In this document: in pieces, positions 53,594 through 62,486 of the stretch
How the letters are laid out: each line of letters begins with the position of its first letter
How positions within the stretch are numbered: the first letter of the stretch is position 1
Source of the DNA: Minisyncoccota bacterium
GTDB taxonomy: Bacteria > Patescibacteriota > Minisyncoccia > Phycocordibacterales > Phycocordibacteraceae
DNA: 64,000 nucleotides
Direction of reading: 5' to 3'
Assembly (NCBI GenBank): GCA_038106525.1
Contig: JAYOEC010000001.1
Location: 24,876 to 88,875 of the forward strand
Notes under the pieces: generated by a model
Seen by the model: only the letters and a program-made list of their open reading frames with translations
What the model was told of the DNA's origin: nothing
Database searches by the model: none
Program-made: the position numbers and the translations under genes

Positions 53594-53887
53594 CTATATA
53601 TGCTTCTTTATAAATCCGTTGCGAGCACCCCCTTTCTGCGATTGGTGATTTGCAGATAGAAAACAATCCTTACAAAGCCGAGGCGCCGAAGGACTCAATC
53701 TGCGAGTCTGTCCCATCTTTCTACAGTCTTTATTATTGCAAAAGTACAAAAGGCTTGCGCTTCGCGCAGCTTCGGTCCACAGATCCTCCTTCTTATCATT
53801 CCGCCTGCGTTCGCGCACAGCAAACGGCAACTTGAGCTTTCTGCGAGGGTCGCGGTGCGGACCCTTTACCCTGCCTTCTGACATCAC
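53594..53887 (-). CDS. Small basic protein with putative zinc ribbon (C-x4-C...C-x2-C), hypothetical
   Basis: 97 aa, Arg/Lys-rich, FCNNKDC...CKDCF. Only ORF of any length in the 330-bp glyA-argS gap. Could instead be non-coding. Confidence 0.3.
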   Translation of the reverse strand: MMSEGRVKGPHRDPRRKLKLPFAVRERRRNDKKEDLWTEAARSASLLYFCNNKDCRKMGQTRRLSPSAPRLCKDCFLSANHQSQKGGARNGFIKKHI

Positions 53888-53916
53888 TCTGTCATAGCAC
53901 AGAGACAGTGTAGACG

Positions 53917-55182
53917 CTAGACAAAGGATTCTGGGATTGGAAACGCCTCTGCAAGCGCCCGTATCTCTGTCTGTACCCGCGCCCCCGCATCACCTTTATG
54001 CTGCAGCACTTCAATCATGAGTTCTGCAACCCGTGCACACTCAGCCTCCTTGAAACCCCGTGTTGTCACGGCGGGCGTACCAAAACGAATGCCAGAGGGG
54101 TCCATAGGCTTTCTGGCATCGTCTGCAATCGCGTTTTTGTTGAGCGTGATCCCAACCTCGTCAAGCATGGTCTCCGCCTCGTGCCCCGATACGCCCAGCG
54201 AGCCGTACACATCAGCAAGAATCAGATGGTTCGAAGTGCCGCCACCAAGCATCCGCACCTGGTGCTTGGCAAACACTGCCTCCATTGCCTTTGCGTTTTT
54301 AAGGACCTGCGCCGCGTATGCCGCAAACGACGGATGGAGCGCCTCTCCAAATGCAATAGCCTTGGCAGCTACGGCATGCATGTGCGGCCCCCCTTGAAGA
54401 CCAGGAAACACTGCCTTATCTACCTTTTGAGCAAGCGCGGCGTCCTCACGAACCAAAATCATGCCGCCGCGCGGACCACGGAGCGTCTTATGGGTCGTGG
54501 TCGTCATGATATCGAAACCAAAGTCAAAGGGGTTCCGGACTGCTTTGCCGGCAATGAGTCCGGCGATATGCGCAATATCCATGACTGCGTATGCGCCGAC
54601 CTCGCGCGCGATTGAGACGAACTCGGCATAGTCGAGCTCGCGCGAGTATGCCGAGAAGCCCGCAAGCACTATCTTTGGTTTTTCTCTCTTTGCAATCTCA
54701 CGCATCTCGTCGTAGTCAATGTCGCCCGTGTCGGGATTCTTCATTTTGTACCGAACAAACCGGAATACCTTTGACGGAAAGGTAACCGGGTGGCCATGGG
54801 TCAGGTGCCCGCCATGCGAAAGATCCATACCAAGAACTGTGTCACCTGGCTCAAGAAGTGCGGCGTACATGGCAAGATTCGCCGGAGCGCCGGAGAGCGG
54901 CTGCACATTGGCATAGGCTGCACTGAATAGCTTCTTTGCCCGATCACGAGCAATGTCTTCGACCATATCGGTAAACTGCTGCCCGCCGTAATAGCGTTTG
55001 CCCGGGTATCCTTCCGAATACTTGTTGGTAAAGACGCTGCTACTTGCCTCGCGCACTGCGCGCGACACATAGTTTTCAGACGGAATAAGCTCGAGACCTT
55101 CTGACTCCCGCTTTTCTTCTCCGTATATCGCATTCGCAACTTCGGGATCCTGTTTCTCAATGAATGGATAGTCCATAGCCAT
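53917..55182 (-). CDS. glyA: Serine hydroxymethyltransferase
   Basis: LELIPSENYVSRAVREASSSVFTNKYSEGYPGKRYYGGQQF...THKTLRGPRGG (PLP lysine). Confidence 0.95.
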   Translation of the reverse strand: MAMDYPFIEKQDPEVANAIYGEEKRESEGLELIPSENYVSRAVREASSSVFTNKYSEGYPGKRYYGGQQFTDMVEDIARDRAKKLFSAAYANVQPLSGAPANLAMYAALLEPGDTVLGMDLSHGGHLTHGHPVTFPSKVFRFVRYKMKNPDTGDIDYDEMREIAKREKPKIVLAGFSAYSRELDYAEFVSIAREVGAYAVMDIAHIAGLIAGKAVRNPFDFGFDIMTTTTHKTLRGPRGGMILVREDAALAQKVDKAVFPGLQGGPHMHAVAAKAIAFGEALHPSFAAYAAQVLKNAKAMEAVFAKHQVRMLGGGTSNHLILADVYGSLGVSGHEAETMLDEVGITLNKNAIADDARKPMDPSGIRFGTPAVTTRGFKEAECARVAELMIEVLQHKGDAGARVQTEIRALAEAFPIPESFV

Positions 55183-55222
55183 GGTGTTAGTGTGGATAAT
55201 CGATCATGGCGTAGGTGTCAGA

Positions 55223-56188
55223 TCATGATTTCTTTAAATCTCGTTCTTTTACTCCCCCTGCTACTGTAAGTTCACCTTTAAGCGATTGATGCGACTGATA
55301 TCCCTCAAGCAAAACATGCTCGGGTCTAAAGTCATCGATAGACTTTACTGAATCTGCAATGCGGACTGTTGGGAGTTGAAGCGGAGTGCGTGCAATTTGT
55401 TCCTTAACTTGTTCAAGGTGATTTTCGTAGATATGCGCGTCGCCAAAGGAATGTATAAATTCGCCAGGAGGAAGTCCAAGTACCTTTGCAAAAACATGGA
55501 GGAGGAGTGCGTACGACGCGATATTAAACGGCACACCAAGAAACATATCTGCCGTCCTTTGATACATGTGTAAGTGCACCCGTCCTCCCTTTATCGAAGT
55601 CTGGTAAAAACCGTGACAAATTGGAAACCGAGACGCATCTTCAGGAAGCGCCATTGCGTACAAGTATTCTGGGTTCCATGAGGTAACAATGGCATTCCGT
55701 GCATTCGGATCCTGCCGTAACTCATTCAACACCCAGCTGATTTGATCTATTGTCCTCCCATTCTTTGCAGGCCACCTCCGCCACATCTCACTATAAATGC
55801 GCCTCAGCTCGCCATGTTCCACTGCAAATGTGGCGTCTTCCTGTATCTTTGTGATAAATTCCTCTTTCGAGAGTTCTGGGAATTCACCCTTCTTCGATTT
55901 CTCAGCATAGATTTTGTACGGATAGTCATCCCAAATGTGGACATTATTATCTACTAGATACCGGATGTTTGATTGCCCCGAGACGAACCAATAAAGTTCG
56001 TGGAGGATTCCGCTCCAGTACATCTTCTTGGTCGTAAGGAGCGGAAATCCGTCCGCCATATCAAAACGAATTTGTCTCCCAAATACCCCGTAGGATTTCG
56101 CACCGGTGCCCTCGTCCACATTCTCAGCTCCGTTTTTTAAGATATCGCGGAGGAGTTCAAGATATTGTTCTTCGGGATGTTGTTTCAT
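55223..56188 (-). CDS. thyA: Thymidylate synthase ThyA (long form with small-domain insert and 12-aa C-terminal extension)
   Basis: YLELLRDILKNGAENVDEGTGAKSYGVFGRQIRFDMADGFPLLTTKKMYWSGILHELYWFVSG...PICHGFYQ (catalytic Cys)...DAHIYENH. Confidence 0.9.
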   Translation of the reverse strand: MKQHPEEQYLELLRDILKNGAENVDEGTGAKSYGVFGRQIRFDMADGFPLLTTKKMYWSGILHELYWFVSGQSNIRYLVDNNVHIWDDYPYKIYAEKSKKGEFPELSKEEFITKIQEDATFAVEHGELRRIYSEMWRRWPAKNGRTIDQISWVLNELRQDPNARNAIVTSWNPEYLYAMALPEDASRFPICHGFYQTSIKGGRVHLHMYQRTADMFLGVPFNIASYALLLHVFAKVLGLPPGEFIHSFGDAHIYENHLEQVKEQIARTPLQLPTVRIADSVKSIDDFRPEHVLLEGYQSHQSLKGELTVAGGVKERDLKKS

Positions 56189-56733
56189 TTCTTTTTTCTT
56201 GGCGGAACATAGCCGCGGTTATTATCTTTACTATATCTGCCAACCTTATCGTAGGTGTGCCGTGGCGACGACGAAAGTTCAGAGAATGTAAGCTGTGCTA
56301 TCGACATCTTTGGTCTCAGCACTATGGGAACGACATTGGTATTAGAGAGTTCAAAAACAATCTGTAAAAAATGTCCTGGGTTAATAATCCCGGCAGTGTT
56401 GTGTACCATAAGACCAACACGAGCCAAAGACGACTTGCCAGAAAGCTGGATCAAGTACTTGTCCGATCCAAAAAAATCGTAAGAGAAACCGAGAACAACA
56501 ACTCCTGGATGGAGCACAAACTCGCCCCCGTCCTTTACAGTAATCTCGCGCGTTGCAGGAAGTAATTTCTTCACCGGATCGATGATGCCGCGTTCATGCC
56601 ACTCAGTAATCAAAAACTTATTTCCAAGCAAAATGTCGTAGCTCGCGGGATTAAGTCGTCTTTTGTCAAAGGGTTCAAGCTTGATGTTCCCCTCCTTGAC
56701 CTCTTTTTCTATATCAACATCAGAAAGGTACAT
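56185..56733 (-). CDS. dcd: dCTP deaminase
   Basis: MYLSDVDIEKEVKEGNIKLEPFDKRRLNPASYDILLGNKFL...GVVVLGFSYDFFGSDKYLIQLSGKSSLARVGLMVHNTAGIINPGH. Confidence 0.9.
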   Translation of the reverse strand: MYLSDVDIEKEVKEGNIKLEPFDKRRLNPASYDILLGNKFLITEWHERGIIDPVKKLLPATREITVKDGGEFVLHPGVVVLGFSYDFFGSDKYLIQLSGKSSLARVGLMVHNTAGIINPGHFLQIVFELSNTNVVPIVLRPKMSIAQLTFSELSSSPRHTYDKVGRYSKDNNRGYVPPRKKK

Positions 56734-56738
56734 GCCTT

Positions 56739-57422
56739 CTATTGGATAGTGAACACATTATTTGTACCGTAGTACTCTGCCCAGTGCTGATTGTAATGAG
56801 AAAACATGCGCTCGAGTCTGTCCTGCGCTAACTCCTCTACTCCGAGCTCCGTCATAAGCGAGCGCAGTTCTGCTTTAACTACTTCTGCCTGTGACGCATC
56901 GTCAATAACTCGCTCAAACTCAGCAATGTACCCATAACCAGCATTTTTATCTATACATACAGTCGTGTTTTTAGACGACATGCGATACTCGGTGCGCTCG
57001 CGCGACCACTTTGCCTGGCACTGGTACCCCGCACCTAAAACCAGTCTATCCAGGTCGTCGAGCGTCATTCCGGACATGGTCGACTCACACTCGATACGCG
57101 CGGTGCCGTTAGAACTTGTGGTGTCATCAACAGACGCCTTGAGCACGAGAATGACGGTTCCATTCATCTCACGCGTACGAACAGAAATTTTTTTACCCTC
57201 CTCGGCAATTTTCTTAAACTTTGCCGCGTCACTTTCCATAAGTTTTGGTAGCGCCGCTTCGTACAGTTTTCTAATATCACCACCTTCAAAATAGTGGTTG
57301 AGTTGTTTGTATGAGTCAGAAACCTTGATTGTGGGATCTGCGGCCTTCATCTTCTTAACCAAGGTATCCGCCGCGTCTTGCGGGCCAAGAAGAGATTTGA
57401 TTTCAATTTCGTATGAATGCAT
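56739..57422 (-). CDS. CYTH-domain protein (triphosphate tunnel metalloenzyme, CyaB/ThTPase-like)
   Basis: N-terminal YEIEIKSLL (EXEXK motif) and acidic patches typical of the CYTH beta-barrel; 227 aa. Confidence 0.55.
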   Translation of the reverse strand: MHSYEIEIKSLLGPQDAADTLVKKMKAADPTIKVSDSYKQLNHYFEGGDIRKLYEAALPKLMESDAAKFKKIAEEGKKISVRTREMNGTVILVLKASVDDTTSSNGTARIECESTMSGMTLDDLDRLVLGAGYQCQAKWSRERTEYRMSSKNTTVCIDKNAGYGYIAEFERVIDDASQAEVVKAELRSLMTELGVEELAQDRLERMFSHYNQHWAEYYGTNNVFTIQ

Positions 57423-57485
57423 TAAGGACAGTATAGCCCTCGGTGCTTATGTGGCCCAGTGGACAAAGGTGTGTAGAATGGCTGG

Positions 57486-57986
57486 ATGACTCGTATCTCA
57501 ATGATTGCTGCCCTTGGAGCCCGGAATCGAGGCATCGGCAAGGAGGGGGCGCTCTTATGGCACCTGCCCGAGGATCTGAGGCGCTTTAAAGCGCTAACCT
57601 GGGGACACCCGATGATCATGGGGAGAAAAACCTACGAGTCGATCGGGCGACCCCTTCCTGGCAGAACCTCGATAGTGGTAAGCAGAAATCAGGAGCTACG
57701 GCTCCCCGCAGGCGTACTGCGTGCGTCAACGGTAAGTGAGGCTCTCGAACAGGCAAAAAGGATCGATGCAGCAGAATTGTTTGTTATTGGCGGCGGCGAA
57801 CTCTATGCGCAGCTGCTCCCCTTTGCAGAACGGCTGTATCTCACTTTGGTTGATGCAGATGAGCCTGCGGATGCCTTTTTCCCCGAGTATGCCAACCATT
57901 TTACAGTGGTGGAAATGAAAAAAGGCGGGGGAATCCCCGCCTTTGAATGGCTCACACTAGACCGGAATCTGCCGACCCCTCCTTAA
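57486..57986 (+). CDS. folA: Dihydrofolate reductase
   Basis: [65 protein letters not shown]. Confidence 0.9.
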   Translation: MTRISMIAALGARNRGIGKEGALLWHLPEDLRRFKALTWGHPMIMGRKTYESIGRPLPGRTSIVVSRNQELRLPAGVLRASTVSEALEQAKRIDAAELFVIGGGELYAQLLPFAERLYLTLVDADEPADAFFPEYANHFTVVEMKKGGGIPAFEWLTLDRNLPTPP

Positions 57987-58402
57987 ACGATATCTATCCC
58001 CATGCTTCGGGCAGTGCCAGCAATGATCTTTTCTGCAGCCTCAAGAGAGTTTGCATTGAGGTCCGGCATTTTCTTTTCTGCAATCTCGCGGAGCTGTGCC
58101 TTTGTCAACTTGCCTGCCTTAACCGTACCAACTTTGCTAGACCCCTTTTCCAAACCTGAAACTTTCAGAATAAGGCGAGACGCCGGAGAGACCTTGAGAA
58201 TAAAGGAAAACGAACGATCATCCATCACTGAGAGCTCGACGGGGATAATGTCGCCACGCATATCCTTGGTGCGATCATTGAACTCCTTTACAAATTGTCC
58301 AATGTTGACGCCGGCAGGGCCGAGCGCAGTACCAACTGGAGGCGCAGGTGTTGCTGCGCCGCCGGGAATCTGAAGCTTGATTTTCTTTACAACCTTAGCC
58401 AT
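57983..58402 (-). CDS. rplK: 50S ribosomal protein L11
   Basis: [47 protein letters not shown]... Confidence 0.95.
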   Translation of the reverse strand: MAKVVKKIKLQIPGGAATPAPPVGTALGPAGVNIGQFVKEFNDRTKDMRGDIIPVELSVMDDRSFSFILKVSPASRLILKVSGLEKGSSKVGTVKAGKLTKAQLREIAEKKMPDLNANSLEAAEKIIAGTARSMGIDIV

Positions 58403-58419
58403 AGGTGTGCTTATTCTAC

Positions 58420-58962
58420 TTAAATCTTACGAATTTGCAAAAAGTCGAGCTCGACCGGCGTTTCGCGGCCAAACATCGACACCAGTACCTTGATCTTGCC
58501 TTTTTCCTCATCTATCTCGCCAACCTTGCCCTCAAGATCCTTAAACGGCCCGTCAGTAACCACCACCGGCTCACCCACCGAGTAGTCGATCTTGTGTTTT
58601 GCGGTCTCCGAAGACATCCGCTTGAAGAGTGAGTCGATCTCCTCTTTCGAGAGCGGAACCGGAACCGTGCCAGAACCAACAAAACCGGTTACGCGCGGTG
58701 TATTGCGCACCACGAACCACGATTCATCATCGACAACCATATCGACCAAAATGTATCCTGGGTAGATTTTTTCTTCCGTAGTGGTGCGCTTGCCTCCTAC
58801 CACCTTTATCTTTTTTTCTGTCGGCACAACGACATTAAAAATTTTGTTCCCCATCCCGAGCGAGTCTATGCGCTGCTTGAGGTTACGCAAGACCGCGTTT
58901 TCATACCCTGAGTAGGTGTGGACCGCATACCATGCTCGATCGCTGGTTGATTGTTTGCTCAT
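58420..58962 (-). CDS. nusG: Transcription termination/antitermination factor NusG
   Basis: [22 protein letters not shown]... NGN domain; C-terminal [51 protein letters not shown]. Confidence 0.9.
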   Translation of the reverse strand: MSKQSTSDRAWYAVHTYSGYENAVLRNLKQRIDSLGMGNKIFNVVVPTEKKIKVVGGKRTTTEEKIYPGYILVDMVVDDESWFVVRNTPRVTGFVGSGTVPVPLSKEEIDSLFKRMSSETAKHKIDYSVGEPVVVTDGPFKDLEGKVGEIDEEKGKIKVLVSMFGRETPVELDFLQIRKI

Positions 58963-58966
58963 ACGA

Positions 58967-59152
58967 TTAGCGAATGATGAGTTGTTCTAAACCAAACGCG
59001 AGGAAAAAGTCTGCCGCTCCGAGCACGAGTGCAACGATGAGCGAAATGCCGATAACGAGCGCTGTGTACCCGACCGCCTGCGCGTAGGTCGGCCAGGTAA
59101 CCTGTCCGAGCTCGGCGCGGACCGCTCGCAAGTAATTGATGAATGCGTTCAT
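58967..59152 (-). CDS. secE: Preprotein translocase subunit SecE
   Basis: 61 aa; [49 protein letters not shown]. Conserved secE-nusG-rplK order. Confidence 0.8.
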   Translation of the reverse strand: MNAFINYLRAVRAELGQVTWPTYAQAVGYTALVIGISLIVALVLGAADFFLAFGLEQLIIR

Positions 59153-59173
59153 GATTGTGTCGCAGCCCCTCCT

Positions 59174-59203
59174 ATAAAAAAAGCCCTGCGGGGGCTTTTT
59201 TTA
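59174..59203 (-). terminator. Intrinsic terminator after gene 59237..60040 (bidirectional hairpin upstream of secE)
   Basis: AAAAAAAGCCC-TGCGG-GGGCTTTTTTT. Confidence 0.65.
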
Positions 59204-59236
59204 TCGTAGCATCTTCATGCTAACCGGTCAAGAATC

Positions 59237-60040
59237 CTAACGAATTTCGTAGGTAATTGATACATTTACCACCACCTCATTCTCTCCAACCGGTACTGTC
59301 GGAACCGCCCGCGACTCAACGGCACCACCAAAGCCAATTGCAGCATCCTTAGCGTAGTACGGAAGCGGGTATCCGCCAGTGTTCTCGTAGAAACTGACCA
59401 CCCTGACCAGACGGACATCCAATTGATCAGCGAGCTCTTCAGCCTTGGCGCGCGCCTTTTCAATGGCCTCTTTGCGCGCCTCAGCACGAACTGCATCTCC
59501 GTCCTCGTTCGTAAAGTTCGGGCCATACAGCTGCGATATGCCTGCGTCGCCGAGAGCGCTCAGGATATCTCCGACAGCTCCCGTGTCACGAACTTTAACT
59601 TCAGAAGTCTGGCTGACCTGATAGCCAACAATCCGCTGTTCATCGTAGATACACGGCGGCGTGTAGCATGGCTGCGGGTAACTGTACTTCGGGCTAACCG
59701 AGTAGCCGGTTGTTTTGATATCCTTCTCCTCGATCCCCTTTTCTTTCAGGAGCGCAAGAGCAACATTAATTTTTTTTGTTGCCTCTTCCTGTGCGAGCGA
59801 GGCGGTTTTCCCCTCACCCATCACTGAAAACGATATGGTCGCAATGTCAGGAATAATAGTGGCGCTTCCTTCGCCGTCGACGGTAATCACATTACCCATG
59901 CTTGGAGTTGCGCGCCACAGATCCATGAACGATCCGATTGCAAGAACCGCAACAAAAACTGAAGCGATGACTAAAAAGAGTGCGCCAAGCTTCTCGATCC
60001 GAGAGCTGTGCCAGACGCCGTGCATGCTTGGGGTATCCAT
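59237..60040 (-). CDS. SIMPL-domain (DUF541/YggE-like) periplasmic protein
   Basis: N-terminal TM/signal, then GEGKTASLAQEEATKKINVALALLKEKGIEEKDIKTTGYSVSPKYSY...VRAEARKEAIEKARAKAEELADQL typical of SIMPL proteins. Confidence 0.7.
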   Translation of the reverse strand: MDTPSMHGVWHSSRIEKLGALFLVIASVFVAVLAIGSFMDLWRATPSMGNVITVDGEGSATIIPDIATISFSVMGEGKTASLAQEEATKKINVALALLKEKGIEEKDIKTTGYSVSPKYSYPQPCYTPPCIYDEQRIVGYQVSQTSEVKVRDTGAVGDILSALGDAGISQLYGPNFTNEDGDAVRAEARKEAIEKARAKAEELADQLDVRLVRVVSFYENTGGYPLPYYAKDAAIGFGGAVESRAVPTVPVGENEVVVNVSITYEIR

Positions 60041-60102
60041 ACTGATAGACAGGTTTAGCTAAGTGATAAGTACGCTTCCTATTGTACTACGAGTCTCACG
60101 AT

Positions 60103-61284
60103 TCAAGTGTGACCGCCATGGCTATGCCCATGATGGGCCTGTGGTAAGCCATTTTTTGCAACAAGAACGCCGAACCATGTCGCGAGCGGGAGTACCGCTG
60201 CAAGCGCAACCCCGCCCACTGCCGCACGCAAAATCTCCACCGCAAGCACCTCGCTATTGATGAGGTAGAGCGGGTCGGATGGCGAGAGCGAAAAAAGTAG
60301 CATGAGCGGCAACGCTGACCCAACATATGCGAGAACGAGAGTGTTTACCACCGCGCCAAGATGCTCTCTTCCGACCCGCATTGCCCGTCGGTACAAGTCT
60401 CGCGCCGAGAGTGCTGCACTTGCAGCGCGGAGCTCTTGAACCGTGAGCACCTGCGTTACCGCAAGGTCATCAATAATACCCAAAATGCCGATGATGAAAG
60501 CACCCAACAGCAGCCCTTCCATATTCAGGGTGCCGCCAGTACTTAAGTTAAGTATGGTTGAAGTATCGTCAGTAAACCCAGAGAGGCGCGCCAAAGATAC
60601 AGACGCGCTGCCAAGAAATATCGCGCCAATGATGGTTACGACGCTGGCGCCAAATGCAGCGGCAGTGTGGCGATTTGCGCCGTGGGTCACCAGCATTGCA
60701 AGACCAAGGATTACCGCCGCACTGGTTGTTGCGGTGAGGACCGGTGACGCACCATGTGCAAGTTGAGGCAGCAGCACAAATACGATTACAACGATCGAGA
60801 TCCCGAGCGAAATAAGCGCGCGCACCCCTATCCATCCGCCGACCAAGATAGTCGAAAATGCAAACAGCAGCACCGCAATAAGGAGAACTGAACGGCGGTC
60901 AGCCTCACGCACCGTGTACAGTGGCCCGTCGGACCCTTCCTGCCAGGAGACAAAAAACGAATCGCCTTCGGCAAGCGGCACGCGGTCGTTTGTGATGAAG
61001 GCGCGCTCACCCTCATCGGTAATTGCCTCGAGAGTCTGTACGCGGGTGGTTGCCCCGGCCCCCGGGATCTCCACCACTTCGTCGCTGAGAACCCGCTCAA
61101 CCGTCGCTCGAATAATGCCCGAATCTATTGGGGCACCATCTACCGCCGCACTCGCCCAACTGGTTGACGATGCGAAACAGAAAAGCAAGAACGACACTGC
61201 CCAAAAAATTCGAGCTGGTGTTCGGACAGGTTCGCAAAACCGGACTGCTGCTGTGCCTGCTTGACTATCAAACCTGGTATACAT
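60103..61284 (-). CDS. YibE/F-family membrane protein
   Basis: N-terminal TM, extracytoplasmic domain, then multi-TM core ...LISLGISIVVIVFVLLPQLAHGASPVLTATTSAAVILG...GLLLGAFIIGILGIIDDLAVTQV. The first ATG overlaps the Fur-family CDS by ~145 nt. Confidence 0.7.
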   Translation of the reverse strand: MYTRFDSQAGTAAVRFCEPVRTPARIFWAVSFLLFCFASSTSWASAAVDGAPIDSGIIRATVERVLSDEVVEIPGAGATTRVQTLEAITDEGERAFITNDRVPLAEGDSFFVSWQEGSDGPLYTVREADRRSVLLIAVLLFAFSTILVGGWIGVRALISLGISIVVIVFVLLPQLAHGASPVLTATTSAAVILGLAMLVTHGANRHTAAAFGASVVTIIGAIFLGSASVSLARLSGFTDDTSTILNLSTGGTLNMEGLLLGAFIIGILGIIDDLAVTQVLTVQELRAASAALSARDLYRRAMRVGREHLGAVVNTLVLAYVGSALPLMLLFSLSPSDPLYLINSEVLAVEILRAAVGGVALAAVLPLATWFGVLVAKNGLPQAHHGHSHGGHT

Positions 61285-61553
61285 ACTGAGACATCCTCAA
61301 TGGTACCGCACTTCGTACAAACTACATGGTGATGGTGGCTTTTGCCACAAACTGACTCATACTGAAAAGCGCGCCTCCCAAGATCAATGCGTCGAACCTC
61401 GCCAGATGCAGTCATTTGTCCAAGAGCGCGGTACACGGTTGAAATATGAACCGACTGCCCAGCGCGATGCGCAATAGCAGAAGCAGAAAGTGGCACGGAG
61501 GCGCGCTCCAACACTGCCTTGATGCGTGCCCGATCTTTTGTTCTTCGATGCAT
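61140..61553 (-). CDS. Fur-family metal-responsive transcriptional regulator (Zur/Fur-like)
   Basis: wHTH LSASAIAHRAGQSVHISTVYRALGQMTASGEVRRI; metal sites HHHHVVCTKCG ... CRSCF (two CxxC pairs); 137 aa. Confidence 0.85.
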   Translation of the reverse strand: MHRRTKDRARIKAVLERASVPLSASAIAHRAGQSVHISTVYRALGQMTASGEVRRIDLGRRAFQYESVCGKSHHHHVVCTKCGTIEDVSVCIPGLIVKQAQQQSGFANLSEHQLEFFGQCRSCFSVSHRQPVGRVRR

Positions 61554-61582
61554 CTTCCTTACTCAAACACCCACACGGTAGT

Positions 61583-61610
61583 TTGACAAGCTTCGGCGCT
61601 CCCCTATACT
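61583..61610 (+). promoter_or_regulatory. Sigma-70-like promoter for the CooC-like/hypothetical/ZIP operon
   Basis: TTGACA (61583-61588) - 16 nt - TATACT (61605-61610), ~33 nt upstream of the ATG at 61643. Confidence 0.45.
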
Positions 61611-61617
61611 AATACTA

Positions 61618-61634
61618 TTGCGAATTAGTCGCAA
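61618..61634. promoter_or_regulatory. Palindromic candidate operator TTGCGA-ATTAG-TCGCAA between the -10 and the start codon
   Basis: Perfect 6-bp inverted repeat with 5-bp spacer overlapping the predicted transcription start. Adjacent divergent Fur-family gene suggests a metalloregulator operator. Confidence 0.35.
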
Positions 61635-61642
61635 CAAGATAT

Positions 61643-62473
61643 ATGATTATCGGATTCTTGGGTAAGGGCGGTAGCGGCAAGACGACTAGTGCGACACAAA
61701 CAGCACAGCGAGCGGCAGCGAGGGGGATGTCTGTGCTCGCAATTGACGCGGATCACAACATGGACCTGGCATTCAATCTTGGCTGTCAAGAGCCGTTCCC
61801 CTATTTCGGCGCGTCGATTGCAGAGCTTCGTAAGTGCTGTGGTCTTGCCCCAGGACAAAACTATCGCGACGCACTCGCAAAAGATTCTTCTCACTCATTC
61901 AGCATCACGCCGCCTGACCAGTACATTAAAAAGTATAGTCAAATTGTTCGTTCGAATATTAGGCTGATGGTTGCCGGCCCACACACAGATGAAATACTTT
62001 TTGATCAGAGCTGCAGCCACTCTCTAACGACGCCGCTCAAGGTATTGCTTCCCCTCTTCTCACTAAAAGAGAATGAAATTGTTATAGTTGACGAAAAAGC
62101 TGGATTAGACGGAGCCGGTACTGGGATACCTTCCGGATTTACCGCTGCAATAATTGTTTCTGAACCGACTGATCACAGCATCAAGGCTGCCTTGGGGATT
62201 AAGAAGCTTCTCGACTTTTTCGGAACGCCATATCGGTTCCTTCTTACAAAGGTCCGCTCCGAGGAGGAAGAAAAGAGAGGCAAGGAGGCGTTTCAGCATG
62301 ACCTGATTGGCAGTATCCCGGCAAACAACGAACCTCTTCGAGAGACGAGTGCGGCATACGATTCAATTATTGCGTTTGGGGGCGAGATAGTTCGATCTGG
62401 CGATGCCAGGCTCGAACGGTCTCGGTCTAAGGTCGAGCGAAATCGAGCCTTCCAAACGACACTTACACACTAA
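61643..62473 (+). CDS. MinD/ParA-superfamily P-loop ATPase, CooC-like (metal-insertion accessory ATPase type)
   Basis: Deviant Walker A MIIGFLGKGGSGKTTSATQTAQRAAARGMSVLAIDADHNMDLAFNLG closely parallels CooC (GKGGVGKST...AIDADPDANLA). Cys pair KCCG. Confidence 0.7.
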   Translation: MIIGFLGKGGSGKTTSATQTAQRAAARGMSVLAIDADHNMDLAFNLGCQEPFPYFGASIAELRKCCGLAPGQNYRDALAKDSSHSFSITPPDQYIKKYSQIVRSNIRLMVAGPHTDEILFDQSCSHSLTTPLKVLLPLFSLKENEIVIVDEKAGLDGAGTGIPSGFTAAIIVSEPTDHSIKAALGIKKLLDFFGTPYRFLLTKVRSEEEEKRGKEAFQHDLIGSIPANNEPLRETSAAYDSIIAFGGEIVRSGDARLERSRSKVERNRAFQTTLTH

Positions 62474-62486
62474 CTAACACCTTGAT

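Noticed and set aside
53586-53916. RNase P RNA, SRP RNA or tmRNA in the glyA-argS gap
   Set aside because: Hallmark motifs (GGAAAGUCCGG, the ACAGA.A P4 region; the SRP GGUCCGGAAGGAAGCAGC) were searched by eye on both strands and are absent.
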